Shown one piece after another: positions 1-11,200 of a stretch of 64,000 nt of DNA. The stretch's first letter is position 1. The number at the start of each line of letters is the position of its first letter. The stretch covers positions 64,001 through 128,000 of the forward strand of contig JAHPZJ010000028.1 of the NCBI GenBank assembly GCA_019058245.1. The letters are read 5' to 3'. The notes beneath the pieces are model-generated. The model was not told the origin of the DNA. It searched no databases and saw nothing but the letters and a program-made list of their open reading frames with translations. This DNA is from Promethearchaeota archaeon. GTDB taxonomy: Archaea; Asgardarchaeota; Lokiarchaeia; Sigyniarchaeales; SOKP01. The position numbers and the translations under genes were made by a program.

Positions 1-247
1 AGAAATATAGTAATAAAGTAGGGCGATATTTACCCTTTAAATTAAAAAAAAATTAAGTTAAATATTATTAAAAAGTTCCTAGAGGTTTAGATTAATTATT
101 TCAATATTATGGACGATTAGATTAAGTTTAATTGGATGTTTATTTATTCTTATAGCGATTTTTGCATACTTTCTTAAAAATCGTGAGAAATACTCAGTAT
201 TTTTAGAAAATCTTGCTCTAAATATCATTTCGGTTATTATTTTTAAC

Positions 248-736
248 ATGTTTTGCTATATTCCCATGCTTCTTCCTTCTGATGAAAAAATTATACAAAA
301 ACCTCAATTGCTTAATCACTTTTTAATTATTATATGGTTTGATGTATTAGCTTTGATTATAATGATATTAGGTGTGATTTTTTTATTATGGCCTGTTTTA
401 AAGCGCAGAACGATTGGAGCTCAAGATACTGCGGGTAAATTATTGACAGACGGTATTTATTCATTTTGTAGACATCCAATTTATTTAGGAATAGTACTCA
501 TATCTTTAGGATTTAGTTTAGGAGGGATTAATGTTGATGGATTATTAGTATTTCCATTGGTTCTATTGTTAAATTATGTTCAAGCAAAAATAGAAGAAAT
601 TTATGATGTTGGAAGACGGTTTAAAGAGGAATATTCAAGATATAAGAGAAACACGAGATTATTTGGTCCAATATGGTTTTGGAGTTTTTTATTTATAAGT
701 TTAATTTTTCCATTAGTAATTACTTCAATAATATAG
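248..736 (+). CDS. Isoprenylcysteine carboxyl methyltransferase/PEMT-family membrane methyltransferase (frame is open further upstream, true start may be earlier)
   Basis: L-x-TDGIYSFCRHPIYLG motif, downstream EE...F..EY..Y motif, TM helices. Confidence 0.8.
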   Translation: MFCYIPMLLPSDEKIIQKPQLLNHFLIIIWFDVLALIIMILGVIFLLWPVLKRRTIGAQDTAGKLLTDGIYSFCRHPIYLGIVLISLGFSLGGINVDGLLVFPLVLLLNYVQAKIEEIYDVGRRFKEEYSRYKRNTRLFGPIWFWSFLFISLIFPLVITSII

Positions 737-769
737 GGTAAGGTTCATTCTGATTGTCCTAGATAACTT

Positions 770-988
770 TTAGTAACGCTTTTTCATCCAAATAATAAAT
801 TGAACTCTTGTAAATAATAAGATTCCTCCGAGGAGAAGTGCAATACCTATAGCCATTATTAATGGAGAATAATTTTCTGGAGAATTTATATAACTTATCA
901 TCCAAAAAATAATAATTATAATTGCAATTAATATCATTAATAGAGAGACATTTCGAATTTTTTGATCTAATTTATCTGATTCATTCAT
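770..988 (-). CDS. Small two-TM membrane protein
   Basis: ATG start, two hydrophobic helices, fills intergenic gap. Confidence 0.6.
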   Translation of the reverse strand: MNESDKLDQKIRNVSLLMILIAIIIIIFWMISYINSPENYSPLIMAIGIALLLGGILLFTRVQFIIWMKKRY

Positions 989-1083
989 ATTTACAGAATT
1001 AAGATTGTAATATAATCATTAAAAATTCATATTAGATTTGTTATATTTATTAAAAAGAGAATAAAAATATTTAAATCCATTTT

Positions 1084-3174
1084 ATGGTCCAACCATTTGG
1101 AAAAAAAATGACTTTGCATAAAGAAGGAAGAGTATATACACCTGAAAATTTAACAAATTACATAGCAAAAATTTCAATTGAAAAATTTCTAATAGATAGA
1201 ATAAATATAAAATTTTCAACTAAAATAAGGAGTATTTCAACCCTATTAGAAAAATATAATGAATCTGAAAATGCTGAACGAGATGTAATAGAGAATTCTA
1301 TTAATGTATATGATAAAGACCAATTAAAATATATTTTTGAAGTATTAAGGGATCTTAGTATATTAGATCCTGCTGTGGGGAGTGGACACCTTTTAACTGC
1401 TGCTTTAGATGTTTTAGAGAAATTATATTTCAATTTGCGAAGCCTAGGAATAATAAATTGGTCAAATTATAAAATAAGAAAAGAGATTATATCTAATAAT
1501 TTATTTGGAGTTGATATCAATAAAGAAGCAGTTGAAGTTACAAGAAATAGGTTGCTAATAGCTTTAAGTGAATCGATTTCAAACGAAAAAGATAATAATC
1601 TTTTCCCAAATATTGATTTAAATTTAAGAGTAGGAAATGCGCTAGTTGGATATACACATCAATCCGAAATTATTTCTCATAATTATAATAATCTAAATGA
1701 TAGTTTTTATGATGAAATTAAACAACTCTTTCAAACCCATAAAGACCTAAAATTCTCTAATTTAACAGTAGAAGAGAAAAAAATAAAATTATTAGAATTG
1801 AATCCTTTTCACTGGTTTTATGAATTTCCAAAAATTATGGAAAAAGGAGGTTTTGATATAATAATTGAAAATCCTCCTTATATTTCTAATAGACACCTTT
1901 CTCCTCTCGAAAAGGCAGTGTTTAAAAAAAGATATAAAACACCTAAAGGTTTAATGAATACTTTTGGAATCTTTATTGAGAGATCTATTAATTTATCTAA
2001 CTCAATGTCAATAAGTAGTTACATACTTCATAAAAATATTATTCGTTCTAATAATTATCATTTGTTGAGGAAATACCTTCTTGAATATACTACTATTGAA
2101 GAAATAATTGATATAGGAGACAGTGCTTTTCCATCCATAACTGCAGAAATAGTTATTTTTCTCATAAAAAAGGAATCCGCATCAAAAGATCATAAAATTA
2201 AAATAATAACTAATTTCAATAACCAAAATTTACTTTCAACTAGAGATATTTTAGTCAAGAAATTACCCCAAAAACTCTATTTAGAGCAAGAGAATTATAA
2301 TTTTAATTTAGAACTCCAATATGATGAACTTGAGATTATTAATTATATTAAAGAGAATAAAGAATATGTTTTAAATGATTTTTTTGAAGCCAGAACGTGT
2401 ATTGCCACTGGAAATGACACTAAATTCTTAAAAGATCATAAAGTTAACAGCAAGTTCAAAAAAACGCTCAGGGGTAAAAATATTGGTCGTTTTTATATAG
2501 AATTTGACGGATTATATGTTAATTATGACCCTAAAGCACTCCATAGGGCTCGGGAAGAATTGATATTTCAAAAACCTGAAAAATTAATAATGCAAACAAT
2601 TAGTTCAAATCTCACTGTAGCATATGACAATAATAAATATTATCCATTAAGTACTTGTATTGTGATAATCCCTAAAGATAATTTGGATGAAGTATTTAGT
2701 ATTAAATATCTTCTCTTATTGCTGAATTCGAAAGTTATGAACTTTTATTATGATTTTATATTTAATTTGGGCGCACGTTTAACTACTGAGATTTCTGTTA
2801 ATAATATTAATCGATTACCGCTTAAAGTACCTAAAAATTATGAGATTTTTGATAAGTTAACTGATATAATGACAGTGATGAATAAAAATATAGTTTTAAG
2901 AAATGAAAATAAATGTAAAATAGATTTTTTAGATGATTTAATAAATCATTTAATTTATGAGATTATTTTTTTAAATAAATTTCAAATAGATGGGTTAAAT
3001 ATCGAATTAATCAACAGAGTATCCTTATATCTTAAGAATCTAAAGCAGTTATCATTTGAAAGATTAGAGCTTTTTATTAAAAACTTACAAAGTGATGAGG
3101 ATATAAATAATGAAGTAGAAAATATTAACAAACATCCTTGGATTATTAAAATAGAAAAATACTTTGAAAAATAA
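1084..3174 (+). CDS. N6-adenine DNA methyltransferase (Eco57I/TaqI-like with C-terminal target recognition domain)
   Basis: VYTP motif X, ILDPAVGSGHLL motif I, NNLFGVDIN, PFHWFYEFP...GGFDIIIENPPY motif IV, LLLLLNSKVMNFYY TaqI-C-like region. Confidence 0.9.
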   Translation: MVQPFGKKMTLHKEGRVYTPENLTNYIAKISIEKFLIDRINIKFSTKIRSISTLLEKYNESENAERDVIENSINVYDKDQLKYIFEVLRDLSILDPAVGSGHLLTAALDVLEKLYFNLRSLGIINWSNYKIRKEIISNNLFGVDINKEAVEVTRNRLLIALSESISNEKDNNLFPNIDLNLRVGNALVGYTHQSEIISHNYNNLNDSFYDEIKQLFQTHKDLKFSNLTVEEKKIKLLELNPFHWFYEFPKIMEKGGFDIIIENPPYISNRHLSPLEKAVFKKRYKTPKGLMNTFGIFIERSINLSNSMSISSYILHKNIIRSNNYHLLRKYLLEYTTIEEIIDIGDSAFPSITAEIVIFLIKKESASKDHKIKIITNFNNQNLLSTRDILVKKLPQKLYLEQENYNFNLELQYDELEIINYIKENKEYVLNDFFEARTCIATGNDTKFLKDHKVNSKFKKTLRGKNIGRFYIEFDGLYVNYDPKALHRAREELIFQKPEKLIMQTISSNLTVAYDNNKYYPLSTCIVIIPKDNLDEVFSIKYLLLLLNSKVMNFYYDFIFNLGARLTTEISVNNINRLPLKVPKNYEIFDKLTDIMTVMNKNIVLRNENKCKIDFLDDLINHLIYEIIFLNKFQIDGLNIELINRVSLYLKNLKQLSFERLELFIKNLQSDEDINNEVENINKHPWIIKIEKYFEK

Positions 3175-3209
3175 AAAAATAATGAAAGAATTAGTAGATT
3201 ATTACTTGA

Positions 3210-3515
3210 TTACAAACTTTTACCTAATACCTTAACCGCATCTCTCATTCCCATTACCATCTCAGTTTTCATTGAAAAACCTTCTATTTTCCAGAATGGC
3301 GTGAATAATTTTGAAACCTCGATTGCTGCTTCATCAGCTTTTCCTTTTTCTACAAAGATAATATTATAACCCTTTATTCCACGATTTTTATCAGGAGCAG
3401 CGAAAGTTTGCCATTTCTTTATATAAGGCGGAAATTTGCCTTGAACTTCTTGAAATGCTTTGAACCATTCATCAGTTTTATTATATGGGATCCATTGAGT
3501 AGTTATAAAAATCAT
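3210..3515 (-). CDS. Hypothetical protein
   Basis: ATG preceded by GAGGTGA Shine-Dalgarno; globular composition. Confidence 0.7.
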   Translation of the reverse strand: MIFITTQWIPYNKTDEWFKAFQEVQGKFPPYIKKWQTFAAPDKNRGIKGYNIIFVEKGKADEAAIEVSKLFTPFWKIEGFSMKTEMVMGMRDAVKVLGKSL

Positions 3516-3661
3516 ATAGGTATCACCTCTCTAATTATTTATAATTAAGATTTAATTTTAAAATATTTTACATTTTTGTTAGTAAATATATAAATTTTTG
3601 CTTTTTTATAACTCAAGTTAGAAAATCATAATAGAAATTGTTCATTTTTTTATAATATTGT

Positions 3662-4153
3662 ATGTCAAGAATTAATTCTTCTGAATTTAAAGTTAAACTC
3701 AAAATTCAAATAAATAATTTACTAACTATTTATGAGCAAAAAACTGAATGTGGGATATTCTTTAAACTTAGTCCAGATAAATCACCTTTAGAGGTTGTTG
3801 GAGTATTAAATTTTTTACAAGATAAGATTAAGAAATGGGGAAACACAAATATCTTTAGTTATCATGGATCACTATTTGGTGGAGACTATGCTCTATTAGT
3901 CGGATCAAGGAATTTGGAGGAAGCCATAAGTATAATAATTTATATGTACCTTTCTAGTATTATAGACGCGAATTATGAAGATGATATTTTTTTACAGAAA
4001 ATAGAAACATCGATGGATCTTGAGCTACTTTTAAGAAATCACATTTCAGAACATATAGATAAAGGATATCCAGCTAACCGAGATTTAGAATCAGAATTAT
4101 CAACGCATCTAAACAAATTGATTAGAAAAAATCCCGAACAAACAATAAAATAG
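3662..4153 (+). CDS. Hypothetical protein
   Basis: 163-aa ORF filling gap, no recognised motif. Confidence 0.65.
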   Translation: MSRINSSEFKVKLKIQINNLLTIYEQKTECGIFFKLSPDKSPLEVVGVLNFLQDKIKKWGNTNIFSYHGSLFGGDYALLVGSRNLEEAISIIIYMYLSSIIDANYEDDIFLQKIETSMDLELLLRNHISEHIDKGYPANRDLESELSTHLNKLIRKNPEQTIK

Positions 4154-4162
4154 AGATATAAC

Positions 4163-5506
4163 TTATTCTTTATTATTGGGGTTTCGCCGTTTAACATTTC
4201 TAGAAAGAAATAAAAGAGATAATAAAACAACAAGTCCAAAAAATACTTCAAAAACAAAAATTCCATATAAAAACACTTCTACAACATATCCAGCAATGAT
4301 TGGAGTTAATCCAAAACCGATCCCTATTAAGATTTCGTTAATAGTAGCGTATTTAGAAGTATTTTCCGCTGTACCATATTCAAGCATGATTTTCATCCCA
4401 CATCCATGGATTAATCCCAAAAACAACCCTACAAAAATTATAACAATTGAAGTAAATAAGAGATGATCTACAAGGATAATTGTTAAAGCCACCACTACTA
4501 TAAGAGGAACACTTAGCAGAGTTGTTATTTTTCTAGTATAAGGTTTCATATAATTTATCCAAGTTAATCCTAAGAGTTGGAAAAATTGTAGTCCGCCTTG
4601 TACAAGATAAGTTAGATAGGACGGGTTTTCAAAAGCCTTTAAAATCACAGGGTATCCAAATATAAAAATTGTTTTTGATATTGATAAAAAGACAATGCTT
4701 ATCCATGAAAACAATACTGGAAATATTAACATAGGTGTGTGGGAATTAATAGTTAAATCTTCTTTTAAATCCAAATGAGAAAGTGGATCTTCAGATTGAT
4801 AAATTACAATTTTTTCAGAAGTCTCAATTTCTGTATCCTTTCCTAAAAAGAAACTGACGGGAATTAATAAGAATGATATTAACCAAGAGGTAATCATTGC
4901 AAAATAATCATTCCAAGTAAAAGCCCATATAAAACCGATAACAAGCCCTCCAATAAAGCCAGCATTCCAAGAATAATTGAATAATGCAAAATTTTTCTTT
5001 GATTTCTCCTTACTGTCAATTTTTTGCCATTTACTTAATAAATAGGTGCAATTTGGCCAAAATAATCCCATTATTAATCCTAATAAAATTCGACATATTA
5101 TTAAGAACCAGAGTTCAGGATAAATTATTTGTGCACCTGTTAATCCAACTGTTAAAATACAGTTAAGAATAAGTGCATTACGAATCCCTAAAAATCTTTT
5201 GGTAATAAATTGCCCAAAAACTGGACCAATGATATAAACTAGAGAACCCACAGCACTTATAAATCCTAAAGCACTTGCACTTATATCAACAACAAAATAA
5301 AGATAATTTGCTAAAGCTCTTTCAAATATAGATACATAAAATAATCTTATAAAAGCAAGTGTAAATATTGGCCATGTCTGATTAGTTAATTTTGAGTTAG
5401 TGCCAAAAGTATTATTGTCTTGAATTCTATCTAACATCTCTATAATTTTATATTCACTGCAAAAAGATAATGTGTAAAATAATAAATTCCTCATATATTT
5501 TTTCAA
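4163..5506 (-). CDS. MFS transporter (true start probably ~5437, MLDRIQ)
   Basis: About 12 TM helices in two bundles with a central hydrophilic loop; RILLGLIMGLFWP motif. Confidence 0.85.
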   Translation of the reverse strand: MKKYMRNLLFYTLSFCSEYKIIEMLDRIQDNNTFGTNSKLTNQTWPIFTLAFIRLFYVSIFERALANYLYFVVDISASALGFISAVGSLVYIIGPVFGQFITKRFLGIRNALILNCILTVGLTGAQIIYPELWFLIICRILLGLIMGLFWPNCTYLLSKWQKIDSKEKSKKNFALFNYSWNAGFIGGLVIGFIWAFTWNDYFAMITSWLISFLLIPVSFFLGKDTEIETSEKIVIYQSEDPLSHLDLKEDLTINSHTPMLIFPVLFSWISIVFLSISKTIFIFGYPVILKAFENPSYLTYLVQGGLQFFQLLGLTWINYMKPYTRKITTLLSVPLIVVVALTIILVDHLLFTSIVIIFVGLFLGLIHGCGMKIMLEYGTAENTSKYATINEILIGIGFGLTPIIAGYVVEVFLYGIFVFEVFFGLVVLLSLLFLSRNVKRRNPNNKE

Positions 5507-5659
5507 ATGATTGAAAAGTGTTATTTGATAATATCTCGAGATTTTAATTTAATCTGTGTTTAAAATCTATTTGATCTAAAAATTTTGAAATTCATAAGCA
5601 TAAACTTATTAAAAAGAAATACTTACATTTCATAATCCCAATTTTAATAGGTTTTTTAA

Positions 5660-5914
5660 ATGGGAAAAGGAACAGTAAAATGGTTTAACAAGAAAAAGGG
5701 CTATGGTTTCATTACCCCCGATGATGGTTCTCCTGATATTTTTGTTCACTATTCTGCTATAGCAGGTGAAGATAGCGAATTCAAGATTGTGTATGAAGGA
5801 GACATTGTAGAATATGAGGTTACAGAAGGTCAAAAAGGACCACAAGCAAGTAATGTGACTATAATTGAAAAAGGCCCCCGAATGAGTTCCCAAGGTCGAA
5901 GATCTTTTTATTAA
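5660..5914 (+). CDS. cspA: Cold-shock domain protein
   Basis: [15 protein letters not shown] (RNP1), DIFVHYSAI (RNP2), [10 protein letters not shown]. Confidence 0.95.
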   Translation: MGKGTVKWFNKKKGYGFITPDDGSPDIFVHYSAIAGEDSEFKIVYEGDIVEYEVTEGQKGPQASNVTIIEKGPRMSSQGRRSFY

Positions 5915-6105
5915 TAAAGTTAATTATTAATTAGATTAAAGAGCAAAGGATTCAAATATTAGGAATTTTGGAAGATATGAAATATATGAAAGTGAGTTGA
6001 AACGCCTTTTTATTATTATTTTAAATCTTACATATTCCCTTTTTTTTAATTTTTTGATTACATTCTTTTTATTATAATCAACATTCACTATCTATTATTT
6101 TTCTG

Positions 6106-7626
6106 TTAGATATTAAATACTTCATTATCCTTTAACAGAATTGCATTTTCAAAATTTTCACTAAACCATTTAGGATTATCAGTATGTACAGGAATTATAA
6201 TATCAGGATCTATTGTTTCAACTGCCTTAATTAAGTCTGATTTTGAAACATGACCAGAAGCGTGATATCCTTTCATAAATTGTGGCTTAATTCGATTTTC
6301 CTCTTCAATCATATCAAATCCAATAATCTTAAATTCAAAAAATTTTAGCCAATAGTATAATCGTGCAAAATCGAATTCACTTTCTTCCTCAAAAGCTTCA
6401 CTTGAGGAATATATATATGTTCCTCCTTTAATTTTAATATCCAATAAATTTTTTATATCAAAAAGTGAAAAACATAAGATGTAACTATTAGGGTTATTAG
6501 AGATGGTTATTGGTTCCAAATAGTTAAAATCAATCTCCTTCGCAAGGATGGTATCTTCCCAGTATCTGGTTGAACTTCTCAAATCCTTATATATGAGCAT
6601 ATCTTCTATTCTATCAATTCCATCAGCTTTTTTGAGAGCATTTAATAGATAGGCATCTTTAGATGTAATAACAAGATTTTTACCCACTTTCTTCGCAATT
6701 TTTTTAAAAATTTCCAATCTTTCGAAATTTCTTGCAGAAAAATCTGCTATAACTAGGCCTTTTGAATTTTCAACTTCTTTCAAACAATTTTCATATACAG
6801 TGTCCTCAGATTCCTCAATATCTTTTCTAGCAGCACGAGTACCTTCAATTATTAAAACAGATGCGTTTTTTGCTTCATTGATGAAATTTTCACTTTTTCT
6901 AGCATTTTTACCGTGCAAACGAAAGTCACCTGTATATGCTATTGAATTATCTCCAGAAAGAATATAAGCTGTCGCTCCAAAAATTGAATGATCTACCTCA
7001 AATGAGTTAATTTCGAATTTTGAGGAGAAATCGTCTAGGTGACTTAAATTTCCATAATTGAGGTTTTTTTTACTTTTAGCATTCAGTTCCATAAATTCAA
7101 GCAATGAATCTTGAAATTCTTCTGTACACATTAAATCTCGGCCATAATAGGTATTCGTCTTTGATTCTAAAGTTCTCCCATCTCCTTTAGGTGTTCTTTT
7201 TGAATAGTAAATAGCATCAGGACCAAGTTTAACACTAGCAGAATCAAAAAATCCTTTAAGTAAGGCTAAAGTGATTGGAGATGCTCCAATAGGAATATCT
7301 GGATTGAGCAATCCAATATTACCAAAATGATCCATATGAGCATGACTTAGTAATATGGCATTTATATTTAGATTAGGAAATGATGAGATATCACAATCTG
7401 AAGTAATAATATCTTTTCGGTAAATTTTGTATTTAGGAATTAAATTTAGATAAAAGAGATCGTAAATACCTCGAGTACTTCTCGGTGATATATATTCTTG
7501 GAAAAAATATCCATATTTTTTGAAATTCATTCCAAAATCAAGAAGAATTCCCTCATCTTTTTCTTCTACATAGATCTTATTTCCTCCAATAGTATCATTT
7601 CCATCGAAAATTTTTATAGTTGTCAT
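6106..7626 (-). CDS. MBL-fold beta-CASP ribonuclease (RNase J-like)
   Basis: TIGGNKI, LDFG, SHAHMDH, VDHSI, YTGDFR, HASGH, PVHT motifs. Confidence 0.88.
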   Translation of the reverse strand: MTTIKIFDGNDTIGGNKIYVEEKDEGILLDFGMNFKKYGYFFQEYISPRSTRGIYDLFYLNLIPKYKIYRKDIITSDCDISSFPNLNINAILLSHAHMDHFGNIGLLNPDIPIGASPITLALLKGFFDSASVKLGPDAIYYSKRTPKGDGRTLESKTNTYYGRDLMCTEEFQDSLLEFMELNAKSKKNLNYGNLSHLDDFSSKFEINSFEVDHSIFGATAYILSGDNSIAYTGDFRLHGKNARKSENFINEAKNASVLIIEGTRAARKDIEESEDTVYENCLKEVENSKGLVIADFSARNFERLEIFKKIAKKVGKNLVITSKDAYLLNALKKADGIDRIEDMLIYKDLRSSTRYWEDTILAKEIDFNYLEPITISNNPNSYILCFSLFDIKNLLDIKIKGGTYIYSSSEAFEEESEFDFARLYYWLKFFEFKIIGFDMIEEENRIKPQFMKGYHASGHVSKSDLIKAVETIDPDIIIPVHTDNPKWFSENFENAILLKDNEVFNI

Positions 7627-7834
7627 TTTTTTGATTAGATTTAATTACTTTAGAAAAAAATTTTTTTTACAAAATAAATTACTATAAATCCTTTATTGAT
7701 TAGTTTATTTAATATCTACTAAAATTATTATTAATGTTTGATATTTTATTGGATTAGTTTATTAATAATATATATAAGTCTACTTTAAATTAAAGAAAGA
7801 ATAATTTAAAAAAGAATTACTATTAGTAGAAAAT

Positions 7835-9046
7835 ATGAATCAAAAAGTCCAAGAAAGGTCTTCTGACTTTTCAAAAATACTTGAATTTGTAATTTTTTTA
7901 TTATTTTTTTTAGGTCCTTTAACTGGTAATATTATCAATGTCTTATTTAATGTCCTTTCTTCTCAATTTCAAGTTACTCCTGATGAAATATTAATTGCAA
8001 TTCCAGCATTTATGTTTCCATTTGCGATTACTCAAATTTTTTCAGGTGCAATATCAGATATTAAAGGTAGAATTCCAGTATTAATTTTAGGGTTAAGTTT
8101 ATTTACAATAGCAATGTTAACAGCTGCCTTATCATTTAATCTAGAAATATATGTTATCGCAAATATAATAGGAGGTATCGGATTTGGTTTTATAAATCCT
8201 GTTCTTATAGCACTCATGACGGATATTAGTACTCCTTCTAACTTACCCAAAAAAATGGGGTATTTAGGAGCTAGCGCTAATCTAGGTGTAGGTATCGGTC
8301 CATTAATTGCCTCTCGGATGATTTTAATTGGCTGGCAGTCCATCTACATTTTATTCATTATTATTACTTTCTGCTCTTTAATATTTTTTCTTATATCTAC
8401 TAGACCTCCTCAAAAAATTCTAGAAGAATCAGGAATTCGAATCTTAATATCTCAATTATCACAGGAATGGCGCCGATTAATTGTGATTCTAATGATGATA
8501 TCTGCATTCTTACTTGCTCATACATACATAGCAATAAATATTTGGACTTCGAAAATTTTAACACAATCTAATGTTTTAGATGAAGAAATAATAGGAAATA
8601 TTCTTGGATTATCAGGTATTGGAGCAGCAATAACAGGATTAATAACAGGTTTTTTGATAAAACAAAAAGGAGTAAAACTGCCTTTAATTATAGGTTCACT
8701 GATACTTTTTTTTTCTATTATGACATTACTAATTATTGGAGATATTAGCAATCCAGTCATATTCATACTTTTGACAATTGCTTGGATATTAGCTGGATTT
8801 TCTGGTGGAATTCTTTATACTTCATTGACTTACTATTGTCAGGTTTTATCTCCAGAAAGACGAGGGGTTTTAGCAGGATTATTAACAGCAAGTTATTTCA
8901 TAGGAATTGCATTAGTCCCAATCACTCTATCACCATTCTCAAATGCTTTTGGTATTACTGGCATATATAGTGTTATTTTACTTATAACGATCATTTTCAT
9001 TATAAGTATATTTCTATTAAACACTTTAGCAAATCATAGAATATAA
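7835..9046 (+). CDS. MFS transporter
   Basis: GAISDIKGRIPV MFS motif A, about 12 TM helices. Confidence 0.9.
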   Translation: MNQKVQERSSDFSKILEFVIFLLFFLGPLTGNIINVLFNVLSSQFQVTPDEILIAIPAFMFPFAITQIFSGAISDIKGRIPVLILGLSLFTIAMLTAALSFNLEIYVIANIIGGIGFGFINPVLIALMTDISTPSNLPKKMGYLGASANLGVGIGPLIASRMILIGWQSIYILFIIITFCSLIFFLISTRPPQKILEESGIRILISQLSQEWRRLIVILMMISAFLLAHTYIAINIWTSKILTQSNVLDEEIIGNILGLSGIGAAITGLITGFLIKQKGVKLPLIIGSLILFFSIMTLLIIGDISNPVIFILLTIAWILAGFSGGILYTSLTYYCQVLSPERRGVLAGLLTASYFIGIALVPITLSPFSNAFGITGIYSVILLITIIFIISIFLLNTLANHRI

Positions 9047-9125
9047 AAAAAATATATTACAAAAAAAAAATAGATTTACTTCAATATATTTCTCTGAAAT
9101 TAGGAAGAAATCAATGTTTAACTTT

Positions 9126-9452
9126 CTAGGATTTAATCATTATTAGTATCATCTTAAACTTTTTTGGAGCATATAACGCATGTGGCTCATTAGCAGGCAT
9201 GATAATAATTTGTCCATTTTTAAGATGAAATTTCTCTTTTGATATAGTTATTTCGGCTTCTCCGTCAAATATAAAAACTAGAGCGTCAAATGGCGCTGTA
9301 TGTTCACTTAAACCTTCCCCTTTATCGAAAGAAAATAAGGTTACTGTACCAACATCTTTATTTATTAAAGCTCTACTCACAACAGAGTTTTCTTGGTAAT
9401 CGAGCATAGATTCTAAATTCATTATTTCTTTCTTGATATGTTTATCACTCAT
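9126..9452 (-). CDS. Cupin domain protein
   Basis: VTLFSFDKGEGLSEHTAPFDA...MPANEPHAL. Confidence 0.9.
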   Translation of the reverse strand: MSDKHIKKEIMNLESMLDYQENSVVSRALINKDVGTVTLFSFDKGEGLSEHTAPFDALVFIFDGEAEITISKEKFHLKNGQIIIMPANEPHALYAPKKFKMILIMIKS

Positions 9453-9602
9453 GATCTTAATAGTTTTAAAATTATTGTTATAAAAATTAAAAAGAAAAAT
9501 ATAATTTAAAAATAAGAGCGAACATGTTTAATTAGATTATACTTAATTATCTCAGAATTCACATAGGAAATATAGAAATAATTAAAAATTAAAATATTAT
9601 GG

Positions 9603-10178
9603 TTACATTTCAACTGGAACTCGCCATTCTATTCCGCAATCGCCGCAATGATACTTTTTTCCATATATACGAGGATAATCGCAAATTATATGAGATTTAT
9701 CAATTATTTCTCGGATAAGTGTCTTATTTCTATTTCCACATTTAGGACATTCTCTTCTTGAGTCTCCTTGGAGTACGTCTCCTTTGTGCATTTCAAGAGG
9801 GGCTACATTTTCAGAGAAAATTGATTCTGGAACATATCTTTCAATTTTTTGCTTAATTGGTTCGATTTCCTCTTTTAAAATAGGTTCTTCAATCAATCTT
9901 TCTGACTCAATTGTTTCCGCTTCTATTTTAGGGGGTGATATTTCTGTTATGGATGAAGGAGTTCCAATGACAGGTTTTGGAGTTTCTATAATTACTTCTT
10001 TTTGTTCTGCATAACCCTTATCTCTATCTTCTAATTCTGCAATTTTTTTTTTAAGTTCTTCATTCTCCTTAATCAATTCCTTGATTAGGTCTTCATATTC
10101 TTGTGGAGTGAAATCTTTATTATCTTCCATATCTTTACTCATTTTTTGATTGTATATGATATTTACATAAGTAAACAT
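9603..10178 (-). CDS. Coiled-coil plus C-terminal zinc-ribbon protein (start probably Met at 10142)
   Basis: Heptad stretch, acidic linker, CPKCG...CGDCG. Confidence 0.75.
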   Translation of the reverse strand: MFTYVNIIYNQKMSKDMEDNKDFTPQEYEDLIKELIKENEELKKKIAELEDRDKGYAEQKEVIIETPKPVIGTPSSITEISPPKIEAETIESERLIEEPILKEEIEPIKQKIERYVPESIFSENVAPLEMHKGDVLQGDSRRECPKCGNRNKTLIREIIDKSHIICDYPRIYGKKYHCGDCGIEWRVPVEM

Positions 10179-10295
10179 TTCATATGAACATAATAAGAGG
10201 TCATATTAAAAAACTTAAGGAAATCTAAAATTTTTACGAAAGAAAAAAGATTTTTAAATTTTTAATTTATTTATTTTTATATTGTTAGAATACAC

Positions 10296-11177
10296 TTGAG
10301 AGTGAATATAATGCAACTATTCAATATTAACAATAAGGGAGAAATGATAGGGATAGATAGATTAGATTTTGATGCTAATGATGTATATCTTGTGGATGAT
10401 ATAGAAAAAAATACAATTTACATTTGGGTCGGAATGGAAGTAGAACAAAATAAAAAAGATATCACAGCAGATATCGCAAGAAAAATTGATAAAGAAAGAG
10501 GGGGATCAGCAAAAATCCTTATTATGAAACAAAAAAGAGAATATGGTTCCTTTTTAGCAATGATGAATGATTTAATAAAGGGGAATATACCTGGAAAAAC
10601 AATTGAAAGAAGACCTGAATTCGTATTTAAGGCACCTCCTAAAACTATTAAACCTAATAGGGCTGAGCAAACATCAGAAGAGAAAACGATTAATCTTGAA
10701 GAGAGAATAACAAAATGGCTACTACAAATTAAAGAACATAGAGTATTTGAACCAGACAAAAAAGAAAGTCTTGATGCTGTAAAATTCATCAAGTTTGAGG
10801 AGTCCCATGAAGAAATACAAACTGAGAGCAAAACAGAGGCAGAACAATTGTTAGAGCAAACGGAAAAACATAAAGAAATTGAACCCGAATTTGTTGAGGT
10901 AGAACTGGAAGAACCTGATTTAAAAACAGAAATAAAAGAAGCTGCATATTTTCTTTCCTTAGACAGATACTCCTATAACGATTTATGTTGGATGTTGGCT
11001 GAAAAAATTCAAAAAATGAATATTGTAATGCCTTCTATTGAAGATATAAAACGAAAGGCAGAAGAAGTCTTTAGTTCAAGTTGTACTTATGACGAACTAT
11101 GTTGGTTAAATGCTGAAATGGATATATTGATTAAGAAAAGCTTTATTGAAAAAGAGAAGAAGATGTTTAGATATTAA
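10296..11177 (+). CDS. Gelsolin-domain protein with C-terminal duplicated helical domain
   Basis: DVYLVDD...IYIWVG...A.KI..ER.G...Q..E..SFL gelsolin-repeat pattern; C-terminal repeat AAYFLS..Y.DLCW.LAE / KAEEVF..YDELCW.NAE. Confidence 0.75.
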   Translation: MRVNIMQLFNINNKGEMIGIDRLDFDANDVYLVDDIEKNTIYIWVGMEVEQNKKDITADIARKIDKERGGSAKILIMKQKREYGSFLAMMNDLIKGNIPGKTIERRPEFVFKAPPKTIKPNRAEQTSEEKTINLEERITKWLLQIKEHRVFEPDKKESLDAVKFIKFEESHEEIQTESKTEAEQLLEQTEKHKEIEPEFVEVELEEPDLKTEIKEAAYFLSLDRYSYNDLCWMLAEKIQKMNIVMPSIEDIKRKAEEVFSSSCTYDELCWLNAEMDILIKKSFIEKEKKMFRY

Positions 11178-11200
11178 AAATTAAGATTTTATAGTTATTA

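Noticed and set aside
84-247. Possible intron or frameshift explaining the missing N-terminus of the first methyltransferase
   Set aside because: The frame is simply open upstream without an ATG and there is no hairpin; a non-canonical start is more likely
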